From a virus (taxonomy: Duplodnaviria > Caudoviricetes), in IMG/VR virus record IMGVR_UViG_3300023053_000001, positions 192,001 to 256,000 of that record: a stretch of DNA of 64,000 nt; one strand, 5' to 3'. Positions 17,882 through 26,896 of this stretch are shown here, piece after piece (positions within the stretch are counted from its first letter, which is position 1; each line of letters starts with the position of its first letter). The notes below the pieces were generated by a model. The model worked only from the letters and a program-made list of their open reading frames with translations, was not told the origin of the DNA and ran no database searches. Made by a program: the position numbers and the translations under genes.

Positions 17882-18349
17882 TCAGTATTGAAGAGTATTC
17901 GGCCGAGGGAAGACACGATACAAGTGCGCCCGGATGGCGTACATGTGCGGGTAGCGCGTCCATCGCAAAAACGGTGTGCACAACAGCGGGTAGGTCACAA
18001 GCTCGAACAACCGGGGATCGAACAGATGTCGGTGCTGCTCGCTCACCGATCCACTGACTTCGTAGACGGTGTGTTTGGTACTGGGAATCCACCACCGGGT
18101 GTAGTGGGTACAGTACACGATTTCACGAGCAGTGACAAAGAAGTCGATTCCCTCTCCATCTTCGGACGGGCGTACCACTTCCACCGAGTCTTTGGAGTAA
18201 CCCTCGTAGACTTTGGTGGTGGCCGGACCTCGGACGGAGTCAATGCAAACACCGATGAAGTAACGCACTGCGTACCAGAACGAATTCAGCATGCGCGCCG
18301 CCGAGGCGGTTGCGCTGTAATCCTCCGGTTTACGTTGAGGATTATGCAT
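17882..18349 (-). CDS. hypothetical protein (155 aa), aromatic-rich
   Basis: Starts 2 nt after the gp32-like stop codon. Confidence 0.6.
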   Translation of the reverse strand: MHNPQRKPEDYSATASAARMLNSFWYAVRYFIGVCIDSVRGPATTKVYEGYSKDSVEVVRPSEDGEGIDFFVTAREIVYCTHYTRWWIPSTKHTVYEVSGSVSEQHRHLFDPRLFELVTYPLLCTPFLRWTRYPHMYAIRAHLYRVFPRPNTLQY

Positions 18350-18351
18350 GG

Positions 18352-19581
18352 TCAGCTCTGGTAGTAGTTCATGGCCAGCGTACGCAGCACGATGTACAGC
18401 TGCACGCCAGTCCGGACGCTTGCGATAGCCGCCGCGTTACGGGAGTGAATCGCCATCGACACGATTTCTTCAGAGAGCTTTCGGGTCAACAGCAAGGTGG
18501 GGTCAGACATGCGCGAGGCGGTGTACAGTGCACGCAGTCGTTGCAGCAGGGCCGACGGATCGGTGGTGTGGGTAGCCAGGTTGCGCTCGGCCATCATCAC
18601 GCCAAAAGCATGGATCAGCGTTTCACTGATCAGCTTGTCGATCTTTTCCTGGTCACGACCGCTGTGGTTGGAGGACATCCATTCCAACGCTTCGGTCAAC
18701 GACTTCAGGGAACTGGTGGGCATGGCATCGTGGATGATGCGCGCCAGCTCAGGCCGGACGAACGAGTTCTTGTTACTCACCACAGTCAGCGCGTAGCGGA
18801 TCATGGTGGAATGGTTACGGGTCTTGTCCTTCAGCACCATGGTGCCGTCGATGTCGATCACCGAGTTGTCGGTGCCGATGCGCCCACCCTCATCACGAAC
18901 CTTGTAGAACACAGCCGTCATCGACTTGACGATCTCACGCAGACGACCCTGGATGTCAGACACCATGTAGATGATGTCCTTGTCCCGGTTGAAGTCCATG
19001 TAAGCTCGGTGGTGAATCGAGTTGGGCTGCATGATTTCGTGGGCACGGATGTTCAGCAGGTTGGACCAGCTGCCGGCCTTCTTCAGGGCGTACTTCTTGT
19101 TCAGGCGTGCGTACATGGCCTGCATGGTGGCTTCATCGGCCGGATAGCGGTAATACCACGCCATCAGCGAACCGAGGAACTTGTACTGCAGCACCAGCAG
19201 GACATCCAGACAGCCCTGTTCCTTTTCCTTGGCGGTGAGCTTGGGTGCGCGCTGGATCGCATGCAACAGCCACACGCAGGACAGGTTCATCACGTCGTTG
19301 GCGCGCTTCCAGGCAGCGTCAATCGAGGAGACTTCCGCGATGCCGTCCACAACGGCCAGTTCATCCATGTACAGCACGTCGTTGAACCAACGTTCGCGGT
19401 CGGTAGTGCGGAATCGCATGGCATGCACGCCCATGAGGTTACCGCCGAAGAAAGCCACGTGGTCTGCGTTGTAATTGACGAAGCCAGTCTGATACGCATG
19501 GATGCGCTTCAGTAGGGCCTGGTCGATTACAACGTCCTGACCCGTGGTGTCAAAGACTGTCTTGATCGTGACGTCAGACAT
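18352..19581 (-). CDS. conserved virion protein (phiKZ gp32-like)
   Basis: 409 aa; HVAFFGGNLMGVH, YKFLGSL, DIQGRLREIVK motifs recalled from this core family; position next to terL. Confidence 0.65.
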   Translation of the reverse strand: MSDVTIKTVFDTTGQDVVIDQALLKRIHAYQTGFVNYNADHVAFFGGNLMGVHAMRFRTTDRERWFNDVLYMDELAVVDGIAEVSSIDAAWKRANDVMNLSCVWLLHAIQRAPKLTAKEKEQGCLDVLLVLQYKFLGSLMAWYYRYPADEATMQAMYARLNKKYALKKAGSWSNLLNIRAHEIMQPNSIHHRAYMDFNRDKDIIYMVSDIQGRLREIVKSMTAVFYKVRDEGGRIGTDNSVIDIDGTMVLKDKTRNHSTMIRYALTVVSNKNSFVRPELARIIHDAMPTSSLKSLTEALEWMSSNHSGRDQEKIDKLISETLIHAFGVMMAERNLATHTTDPSALLQRLRALYTASRMSDPTLLLTRKLSEEIVSMAIHSRNAAAIASVRTGVQLYIVLRTLAMNYYQS

Positions 19582-19705
19582 GATGGGGTTCCTAAAAGTA
19601 CCACATCATTAGCTGGCAAAAACATGGATTCCACTGGATTTGAGATCTATAACACCCCGGTGATAAGACAACTACGTCTTCCTTCCCCTACACCGGAGCC
19701 TTACA

Positions 19706-19807
19706 ATGAACAGTCTCTTCAAGCTGGTTGCCCTGTGCTGCATCGTCTCGATCGCCCCGAAGGCCTGTGAGGCCATCAACCGCAAGCTGGATAAGCTGGC
19801 TCGCTAA
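19706..19807 (+). CDS. small hydrophobic peptide (33 aa; MNSLFKLVALCCIVSIAPKACEAINRKLDKLAR)
   Basis: GGAG RBS; stop overlaps the RBS of the next gene; below the ORF-track cutoff. Confidence 0.5.
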   Translation: MNSLFKLVALCCIVSIAPKACEAINRKLDKLAR

Positions 19808-19817
19808 GGAGTTCGCC

Positions 19818-20066
19818 ATGCAGAAGTACATCAAGAAGTACCTGTACGACATGTACGTCCCGCTGCTCCTGGTGATCGCTGCATGGGCCCTGTCAGCATG
19901 GTTCATCTACGACACCTTCGATCGCACTGCCGGTTTCACCGACGTGTGGGTTCGGGCAGCGTGGTCGCTGCGTGCAGCTTCGCTGTCAGTGCTCTGCCTG
20001 ATAGCGTTTATGACCTACATGCTGATCGACACGTTCCTGACTTACCGTCGCGCTCGCGACGAGTAA
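19818..20066 (+). CDS. small membrane protein, two predicted TM helices (82 aa)
   Basis: AAGGAG RBS; two hydrophobic segments, basic N- and C-termini. Confidence 0.7.
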   Translation: MQKYIKKYLYDMYVPLLLVIAAWALSAWFIYDTFDRTAGFTDVWVRAAWSLRAASLSVLCLIAFMTYMLIDTFLTYRRARDE

Positions 20067-20229
20067 GACCGAAGTCCCGAAGCTGTCCACTCCCTTCCTC
20101 CGTTACGGCGGTGTGAAGGGAGTGTTGACATGACCCTCACATTTTTTGGAATGACTGTAAATTTTCAGAGGGCCTCTCCATTTATTGAAATCAACCGTCA
20201 GGCGTTTTATGACAATATAGGCTCACCGT

Positions 20230-20763
20230 ATGAAGAAACCTTCATACGGGAGATCCCTAATGTACGCCAACCGTTTCCAACAGTCTCTGGTCCAGAGCAA
20301 GGAGACCAACACCCAGTTGGTCGCACATCCCTCGCTGGAGAGCCACGCCGTCGCACTGATCGATGAGGCGCGCAACTATCGCGCTGAGCCTCTGCTGATC
20401 CAGGTGCCGAGTCTGAGCGATGAGAGCCTGCAGCTCGAACGCCAGAAGCAAAACGAACTGATCAACGACCTGAAGGATCAGCTCGGTCAGGTTCTGCCCA
20501 GTGCCCAAGGCACGGGTATGGTCCATCACTACCTGATCGACACCCACGCGTTGTCGACCGGCGATGTGGCAGCCCAGTCCACCCTCAAGGCCCTGCTGAG
20601 CGCATCGCTGCGCAATCAGGATCGCCCGGTGGTCGCTGCCCTTCCGTTGAGTGGCGATGTCAGCCTCGGCCAAGCCGAAGCGATCGCCGCGTCCCTGGAA
20701 CATTACGGCTTTGAGGTCTTCACCGACCGCACGGCGTATGTCAACTATCTCGCCGCCGCATAA
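20230..20763 (+). CDS. hypothetical protein (177 aa), possible degenerate nucleoside 2-deoxyribosyltransferase-like fold
   Basis: ORF followed by terminator; the fold guess rests only on the C-terminal YGFEVFTD...VNYL pattern. Confidence 0.55.
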   Translation: MKKPSYGRSLMYANRFQQSLVQSKETNTQLVAHPSLESHAVALIDEARNYRAEPLLIQVPSLSDESLQLERQKQNELINDLKDQLGQVLPSAQGTGMVHHYLIDTHALSTGDVAAQSTLKALLSASLRNQDRPVVAALPLSGDVSLGQAEAIAASLEHYGFEVFTDRTAYVNYLAAA

Positions 20764-20769
20764 CGCGTC

Positions 20770-20813
20770 ATGACCTCTAGGTCCCATACGGGCCTAGGGG
20801 TCGTTATGCCGTC
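20770..20813 (+). terminator. hairpin plus TATGCCGTC
   Basis: 15-bp stem with G-U pairs directly followed by TATGCCGTC. Confidence 0.65.
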
Positions 20814-20949
20814 TATGATGGAATTTGAATCAAAAGGAAATCAAACCTATACCATTCCCATGGCGGATCGACCGTATATCTTTCCTCGTTGTAACGTAGT
20901 ACCCGCTGTACCCCGTAACACTAACCTCTATCCTTAAACGGGACTTTGT

Positions 20950-21390
20950 ATGACCACTCGTACCATCCTCCTCGACGGCATTGACACTGCCATCCCCTTG
21001 GTCCTCTCCACCGACATGGTGAACGTTCCCGATGGCGGATGCTCGCTGTTGGTGGGCTATGAGACCGATGCCCTCGAGCACTACGCGCCGCCGCGCCTTC
21101 TGATCGCGACCCCGATCCACATCAACAGCAACCCCGAGCTGGCCGAAAAGATCTGTCACGACTGGCTGTCGAGCAAGTTGGCCAACAGCGAGAGCCTGAA
21201 GCAGCTGGTGACTTACCTCACCGATTTCATCGAAGAGCATGACAACGGCTGTGGCTGGCATGTCACCCGTCTGAAGTTGTTCGGTCCGACCGTCCACGGC
21301 CGCGGCTTGACGCAGGTGCTCAAGCGCCCGCTGGCCAAGTACGATACCGATGATGAAGACTACGGCTTCGAACACCTGTTCGTGAAGTAA
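20950..21390 (+). CDS. hypothetical protein (146 aa)
   Basis: GGGA RBS, coding-like codon usage. Confidence 0.7.
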   Translation: MTTRTILLDGIDTAIPLVLSTDMVNVPDGGCSLLVGYETDALEHYAPPRLLIATPIHINSNPELAEKICHDWLSSKLANSESLKQLVTYLTDFIEEHDNGCGWHVTRLKLFGPTVHGRGLTQVLKRPLAKYDTDDEDYGFEHLFVK

Positions 21391-21400
21391 CCAGTTTTAC

Positions 21401-21473
21401 GGTGGGGTCCGGGCGCGGACCCTGGGCGTAACAGCCCCCGCACTAGGGACTCTCCTCCGTCCCGGGCCCCACC
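21401..21473 (+). other. long interrupted hairpin (73 nt)
   Basis: 13-bp outer stem, then 5-bp and 6-bp inner stems; followed by ACCTTTT. Confidence 0.6.
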
Positions 21474-21522
21474 ACCTTTTACCGCAGCACCCATTTCCCT
21501 CGACTTCCTCAAAGAACTGACT

Positions 21523-22806
21523 ATGAACAACAGAACCCTGCTGCTGGACCACGGCTCCCACATCTGCGTGAGCGCATACTCGGACAAGGATCGACTGGAG
21601 GCATTGCGCCCGGCGGTCTATGAGATCGTCCTCACCGATACCGGTGTCAAGCTGTTCACCCTGCAGGACAAGTTCTTGGTGTCTGAACGCAAGTTCGGTG
21701 ACCACAACGAATTCCGCAAAGTCCTTACCGAGGACTACGATCGCGTTGGACCGTCCGTCGGCGTTATCCTGATCGGCATCAAGGGTAGCGGTAAGACCAT
21801 GCTGGCCGAAGACGTGTGCAACCACTACCTGAAGCTGGGTCTGCCGGTGTTCCGCGTCAACACCATCCTGCCGTTGAGTGTGCTGGAGCTGGTGTCGGCC
21901 GCTGCCGGTCCGGCTGTGTGGTACTTCGATGAGTTCGGTAAGGTCTACCGCGAAGACAAGGACAACAGCAACCGCGACGACCTGTTGGGCTTCTTCGGGA
22001 GCGCCTCGCGCCTGGGATCGCTCTATCTGGTCACGGCCAACCATGACAACGAACTGAGCAACTTCATGGTCCATCGCCCGGGTCGTTTTCGCTACTCCTT
22101 CAGCTTCCACACCCCGAACCTGGAGCAGCTCGACGAAGTGTTCAATCACTACATGGTCGATGAAGAGCTGCGTCCGATGCTTCGTGCCTGGGTGAGTCAG
22201 AACGATGTCAGCTACGATGTGCTGTGCAGTGTACTGCCGGTCATTCGCGGTTGCAAGACCCGCAAGGAAGTGTACGACAAGGCGAGGATCTTCAACATCC
22301 CCAGCTTCCCGAACTTCGGCATCACGCACTTCAACACCGTGGACTCGCTGTACATGGATCGTTCGGCCGCTGATTTCATCAACCAGTCGAGCCCCATCCT
22401 CGGTTACGTCTGGAACAAGGCTTCGGGGGAAATCGCCTACCGCATCCGCGTGAATGTCCCGACCGAAACCGGCCAGCAGATGCGCGCAGAAATGCGTCGA
22501 CTGAAGTTTGTGGACTTGGAGAAATATCAGGTCCCGTCCGAATTTGCCAACGTGGCCGAGTATGGCACGGTCAAGTACGAGTTCCCGGATGAGTCTGGTC
22601 TCATGTTGACCATGTCGATGGGCTGGTCCTGCCGTAGCTTCGAGGCAGCGACTACCGCAGAACATGCGATCACTCGCATGGAGCGCATCCAGGCAACGAA
22701 CGAAGGTAAGGATCTGTCCGCTGAACCGCCGGGTCCACGTGGCATGGGTACGTACAGCGAACGCCCCGGTCGTACGTTCGCCCAACACGGCGGGCAAGGC
22801 TGGTAA
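21523..22806 (+). CDS. AAA+ ATPase
   Basis: Walker A GIKGSGKT, Walker B WYFDE, sensor-1 VTAN, arginine finger RPGRFRY. Confidence 0.9.
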   Translation: MNNRTLLLDHGSHICVSAYSDKDRLEALRPAVYEIVLTDTGVKLFTLQDKFLVSERKFGDHNEFRKVLTEDYDRVGPSVGVILIGIKGSGKTMLAEDVCNHYLKLGLPVFRVNTILPLSVLELVSAAAGPAVWYFDEFGKVYREDKDNSNRDDLLGFFGSASRLGSLYLVTANHDNELSNFMVHRPGRFRYSFSFHTPNLEQLDEVFNHYMVDEELRPMLRAWVSQNDVSYDVLCSVLPVIRGCKTRKEVYDKARIFNIPSFPNFGITHFNTVDSLYMDRSAADFINQSSPILGYVWNKASGEIAYRIRVNVPTETGQQMRAEMRRLKFVDLEKYQVPSEFANVAEYGTVKYEFPDESGLMLTMSMGWSCRSFEAATTAEHAITRMERIQATNEGKDLSAEPPGPRGMGTYSERPGRTFAQHGGQGW

Positions 22807-22847
22807 GTAACTGGGCAATTCCGCCCATCTCTACAACGAGGTATCTC

Positions 22848-23411
22848 ATGAAACTGCGTCATCTGCTGTCCCTGTCTGCACTGGTGCTGGTTCTGGCCGG
22901 TTGCCCGTCCACCAATCCGCCCCCGTCTGCCGACGTCCAGGCAGCTGCATCGCAGCCGCTGGTGGACCCGACCATCCCGGACGTTCCCGACGAACCGGAC
23001 GTGTTGGTCCCGCCGCCGGATTCGGCTGAGTACCTCCAGCGCCTGAACAAGTTCGAACAGGCCTACGCGGTGCAGAACATCGATGCCTACGAGTACAGTC
23101 CGGACTTCGAGTCCAAGTACGACGGCAAGTACCCGTTCTTCCGTACGCTGGACTGCCAGATCGACAATGGGCAGACCGGGGTGTGGTGCACCTTCGAAGC
23201 ACAGGAACATGAAATCACCGAAGCCGAACTGGCCACGTGGATTCCCTACCTGTCCAACCACGACGTACTCGACCCGACCCTGCGTTGCACCACCGTCTGC
23301 CTGAACGGCCAAGGCGTGCTGGTGGGTGCGGTCCAGCCGGAAATGCTGGAATGGCGCAAGCAGTTCTGCCCGGTCGAGCCTGACCACGCCTTCTGTCGCG
23401 GTCAGTCGTAA
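22848..23411 (+). CDS. predicted lipoprotein with Cys-rich C-terminal domain
   Basis: GAGG RBS; signal peptide with lipobox LAG-C; Pro-rich linker; six further Cys. Confidence 0.8.
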   Translation: MKLRHLLSLSALVLVLAGCPSTNPPPSADVQAAASQPLVDPTIPDVPDEPDVLVPPPDSAEYLQRLNKFEQAYAVQNIDAYEYSPDFESKYDGKYPFFRTLDCQIDNGQTGVWCTFEAQEHEITEAELATWIPYLSNHDVLDPTLRCTTVCLNGQGVLVGAVQPEMLEWRKQFCPVEPDHAFCRGQS

Positions 23412-23488
23412 GTTTGCAGCCGGCCAAGGACGGCCACCCTTCTTCTTTCGATCCATCCCTACTCCTCAAACAACCAAGGATCTTTCCC

Positions 23489-24223
23489 ATGCCGTTCCAT
23501 CCCAACCGTACTGGCATCGACTGCGTCGATAGTCTTATCACCGAAGTCGGTGTCTGCTTCGGTGAGCTGCGCGGCAAATTCGCCGATCGCCTGAACCTGT
23601 CGGCGGAGACCACCAGCGTCGGTGATGAACATGAGCTGACCGTCATCTATACCGCCCCCGAACAGGACCCGGTCAAAGTGGTCGTGAGGTTCACTGCGAA
23701 GGAAACTGCCAAACTGATTGGCCGTTGGGGCCTGGTGAACGCCTTCCTGATCGAGGTCGCCGGAACCGTGATCGTCGATTGGTTCTTCAACAGCCAAGAC
23801 CTCCTCTTCAACTTCAACGAGGAAACGCAGCAGGCGATGGTGAACATGGATCGGCATTTGTCCAGCGTCGATGTCGATCTGACGTACGAGGAAGAAGTCC
23901 TCGACAAAACCCCCAAGACGCCGCAGGTGTTCGCAAGCCCGTCGCCGGACCCCGTCCCGCACGTCAATGTCACCATCCACCTCAACGACCAGCTGTACGG
24001 CACGGCGTCGGAAGTGGGCCAAGTCGTGGCAGTGCTGGAGAAGGCTTTGCAGGAACATCTTGCGGCCAATCCCCATCCGATCAATCGCGAGAAGAGCCAG
24101 GTTGTTGTCAACGTGGTTCATCCCGAGAGCGGCGTCGGCGGGTCCATCGATACCTATCGCCAGATGCTCCGCGAAGGACTGATCGACATGCGCCCGTTGC
24201 GCGTGAGCCTCAACGTCCACTGA
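23489..24223 (+). CDS. hypothetical protein (244 aa)
   Basis: ATG 23489 after AAGGA RBS and a pyrimidine-rich leader. Confidence 0.7.
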   Translation: MPFHPNRTGIDCVDSLITEVGVCFGELRGKFADRLNLSAETTSVGDEHELTVIYTAPEQDPVKVVVRFTAKETAKLIGRWGLVNAFLIEVAGTVIVDWFFNSQDLLFNFNEETQQAMVNMDRHLSSVDVDLTYEEEVLDKTPKTPQVFASPSPDPVPHVNVTIHLNDQLYGTASEVGQVVAVLEKALQEHLAANPHPINREKSQVVVNVVHPESGVGGSIDTYRQMLREGLIDMRPLRVSLNVH

Positions 24224-24226
24224 ACT

Positions 24227-24248
24227 GTAGTCGCCCACGGGCGACTGC
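24227..24248 (+). terminator. GC hairpin
   Basis: GTAGTCGCC/GGCGACTGC stem followed by CTTTC. Confidence 0.5.
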
Positions 24249-24298
24249 CTTTCGCTTCCTCCTTTCCCTTTCCTCTATCGTCCAAGGATTCAATCAAC

Positions 24299-25423
24299 AT
24301 GCACCCCGTCCACATCGACAATAATTCGACCGCCATCAATGAGCTGGCCGACGTCATCAAGCGCAACTTCGCCGATGCCATGCAGCAGGGCACCTTCGAA
24401 CACGATGACCTCAAGGCCGTCCTGTCGCAGATCCCCACCCACAAGACGCTCACGGTCACCCTGACCAACGACGAGTTCGGTGTCGTGACCATCGGCATGA
24501 TGGAAATGACCCATGATGCCAAGAACTACGACATCGAGAAGTTCCACATCCGTCACAACGAAGAGCTGGTCTACAGCTACGACCGCAATGAAAGTCCGGC
24601 GGTCATCAATCTGATCAACCAGACCTGCGGCTATCCGATGCTGGCTGAGATCATCCCGTTCTTCTACGATGTGGACCTGTCGAAGAACCAGGTACCGAAA
24701 CCGCCGGTTGATGTCGTGGCACTGTTCAGCGACATGCAGGCCAATGCCGTGCGCATCTTGGACATCACCGTCCAGCGCAATGGTCGCAATCCGCTGGCGC
24801 GCCAGCTGAACATCGAAGAAAGCGAGCTGTGGACCACCTTCGGCGATGGCATGTACTGGTACGAGGAGCCGGCCACCGGTGCGATCTACTACGCCGTGCT
24901 GTTCGTCCTGCCGGCTAAGCACGACGTGCCGGCCGGTAATCCGGAAAACGATCGCCTGGCGTTCTTCTTCAAGTATGTCGATCGCAAGCTGACGCTGGCC
25001 GAGATCCGTGTCAACGGTGACGACATCGCCAACGCTGCCGGCAGCTTCAGCGGCTGGATCTTCAGCAACGAAGAGCTGGTCACCGCCTTCTACGAGCGCA
25101 GTGAAGAAATGCGTGCGGACATCGAAGGCGGCGATCCGTGGCCGGACGCCAAGCCGGTGCGCGTGACCATCGAATCCGATGACCCGCATCAGGCGGCCAT
25201 GCTCACCGCGCTGTTGCGTGAAGCCATCCTGTTGCGCGACATGCGCATGACCGAGGGTCAGCGTGAGCGGATCTCGGCTGGCGGTCGTCACGGCATGGAG
25301 ATCCAGGTGCCCGAGCTGTACCGCGAGATCTTCAACACCGAATACGCCCAGAAAGAGCAGACGACCTTGGACCAGGGTCTCGTCGACGTGCGGCCGCTGT
25401 TGGTGCAGATCCGCGTCAAGTAA
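24299..25423 (+). CDS. hypothetical protein (374 aa)
   Basis: AAGGA RBS, strong codon bias. Confidence 0.75.
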   Translation: MHPVHIDNNSTAINELADVIKRNFADAMQQGTFEHDDLKAVLSQIPTHKTLTVTLTNDEFGVVTIGMMEMTHDAKNYDIEKFHIRHNEELVYSYDRNESPAVINLINQTCGYPMLAEIIPFFYDVDLSKNQVPKPPVDVVALFSDMQANAVRILDITVQRNGRNPLARQLNIEESELWTTFGDGMYWYEEPATGAIYYAVLFVLPAKHDVPAGNPENDRLAFFFKYVDRKLTLAEIRVNGDDIANAAGSFSGWIFSNEELVTAFYERSEEMRADIEGGDPWPDAKPVRVTIESDDPHQAAMLTALLREAILLRDMRMTEGQRERISAGGRHGMEIQVPELYREIFNTEYAQKEQTTLDQGLVDVRPLLVQIRVK

Positions 25424-25501
25424 TTCCCTTTGGCCAAGGATGGCCTCTCCTGCAACACCCTCGTAACACACCTACCCTCAATCAGAGAAAACGAGACACC
25501 C

Positions 25502-25804
25502 ATGGCCAAGTCCACCAAGATCACCCGTCACCATCCGGTCAACGCACTGCTGGGCGATGCCCTGCGCTGTGTGCGCAAGGTGCGTGAATTCCTGAAACCG
25601 AACATGGTACTCACCTACCGCGACGTGGAAAAGCTGCGCAAGGTGAGCAACGAAATCACCAAGACCCGCAACCTGGCGATTTATCGCGCACGCCAGGCCG
25701 GGTTCACGGTGAAGGAGGTGGCTGAGATGTTCGAGTTGACCGCAGCACGGGTCAGCCAGATCATCAAGGCACACCCCCACAGCGCCTCCCGCAAGGGAGA
25801 GTGA
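25502..25804 (+). CDS. helix-turn-helix protein (Mor / sigma70 region-4-like)
   Basis: RNLAIYRARQAGFTVKEVAEMFELTAARVSQII; basic protein. Confidence 0.75.
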   Translation: MAKSTKITRHHPVNALLGDALRCVRKVREFLKPNMVLTYRDVEKLRKVSNEITKTRNLAIYRARQAGFTVKEVAEMFELTAARVSQIIKAHPHSASRKGE

Positions 25805-25849
25805 TCCACTGGGCCTAGGAATGGGCCCTTTACCAAAGCAGGAAATCTG

Positions 25850-26299
25850 ATGAAGAGCTACGTCTCCTACGTTGGTCCCACGAGCATGATGGCGGTCGGT
25901 AACGACCCCAGTTCGACGGGGCACGCAATCGGTCTTTACTTCACCCTCCCGGCTCCGGTCGAGGAAGGCGAAGATCCGGCACCGCCGGCCTTCTGTGGCG
26001 TGAACTACGTCCTGGGCGGTGATGGCCTGATGGTCGATGAAGTGTTGCAGAGTCTGCTGGCCAAACTGATCAGCCTGGAGGGTCCGTACATCGACCCGGC
26101 AGTGGTGCTCGGTATGGACCAGGACTTCTACGACCAACTGGCTTCGCAGGATCTGTCGGTGAGTGATGCCGGCCTGACCCGTGCGTTCTTCGGCCTGCCG
26201 ACCCATGTGGTCGACGGCAAGCTGGTCTTCGATACTGAATCTGAAGCTTGGGCCGCACTGCTCGAGAACAATCAGATCGAACTCACCCGCGCGCCGTAA
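25850..26299 (+). CDS. acidic hypothetical protein (149 aa)
   Basis: AGGA RBS; followed by a hairpin. Confidence 0.7.
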   Translation: MKSYVSYVGPTSMMAVGNDPSSTGHAIGLYFTLPAPVEEGEDPAPPAFCGVNYVLGGDGLMVDEVLQSLLAKLISLEGPYIDPAVVLGMDQDFYDQLASQDLSVSDAGLTRAFFGLPTHVVDGKLVFDTESEAWAALLENNQIELTRAP

Positions 26300-26308
26300 A
26301 GCAACACC

Positions 26309-26334
26309 GGCCCGGTTACTTCGGTAGCCGGGCC
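26309..26334 (+). terminator. hairpin with TTCG loop
   Basis: GGCCCGGTTAC-TTCG-GTAGCCGGGCC. Confidence 0.6.
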
Positions 26335-26386
26335 TCCTTCCCCCATTTAGTCATTTCTCCTTTCCTCTACCTACAAGGTGACTACC

Positions 26387-26893
26387 ATGCAACTGACCAT
26401 CTCCCGCCCGACCCGTTCCATTGGCCGTTTCTTCTCCAGCCTCTTCGCTCCGGAACGCGACAACCTGGTGCTGCGCAATGAGCGCCACCTGGAAGTCTCC
26501 CGTCGCCTGTACAAGTGCTCCGAGCTGGCTCACAAGCCGGTTTGGGAACTGCTGGCCAGCGATCCCCATTTCCATGCCGCCCTGCCGGTGGCTAACGTCC
26601 CGTACCTGATGCGTGTGGTCATCACCGCCGATGAGGTGCGTGCCAACTTCTACCGCTGCGAGATGGAACCGATCGGTGAGCCGGTCTACGACGTGCGCTG
26701 GCGCAACAATGGCGAGCTGGGCTTCATGGTCGGCCCCAACGACAAGGTCGAGCCGCTGGTCCGCGATCGTCGCGGCCTGTACGTGGACCTGTACGAGCCG
26801 GAGATCAGCTACCGTCGTTTCCTGACGGTGGAGGAGATCGCCCAGGTCGCCACGTTCACCCAGTCCCAACTCCTCACCTTCGACAAGGCCTGA
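26387..26893 (+). CDS. hypothetical protein (168 aa)
   Basis: AAGGTG RBS, strong codon bias. Confidence 0.75.
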   Translation: MQLTISRPTRSIGRFFSSLFAPERDNLVLRNERHLEVSRRLYKCSELAHKPVWELLASDPHFHAALPVANVPYLMRVVITADEVRANFYRCEMEPIGEPVYDVRWRNNGELGFMVGPNDKVEPLVRDRRGLYVDLYEPEISYRRFLTVEEIAQVATFTQSQLLTFDKA

Positions 26894-26896
26894 ATC

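Noticed and set aside
19706-20066. Canonical lysis cassette
   Set aside because: A holin-like two-TM gene is present, but no endolysin or spanin pair is adjacent.
26387-26893. Similarity of VITADEVRANFYR to MVTPDEIHCRVFR in 29784
   Set aside because: Only about 13 residues with no flanking support; could be chance.
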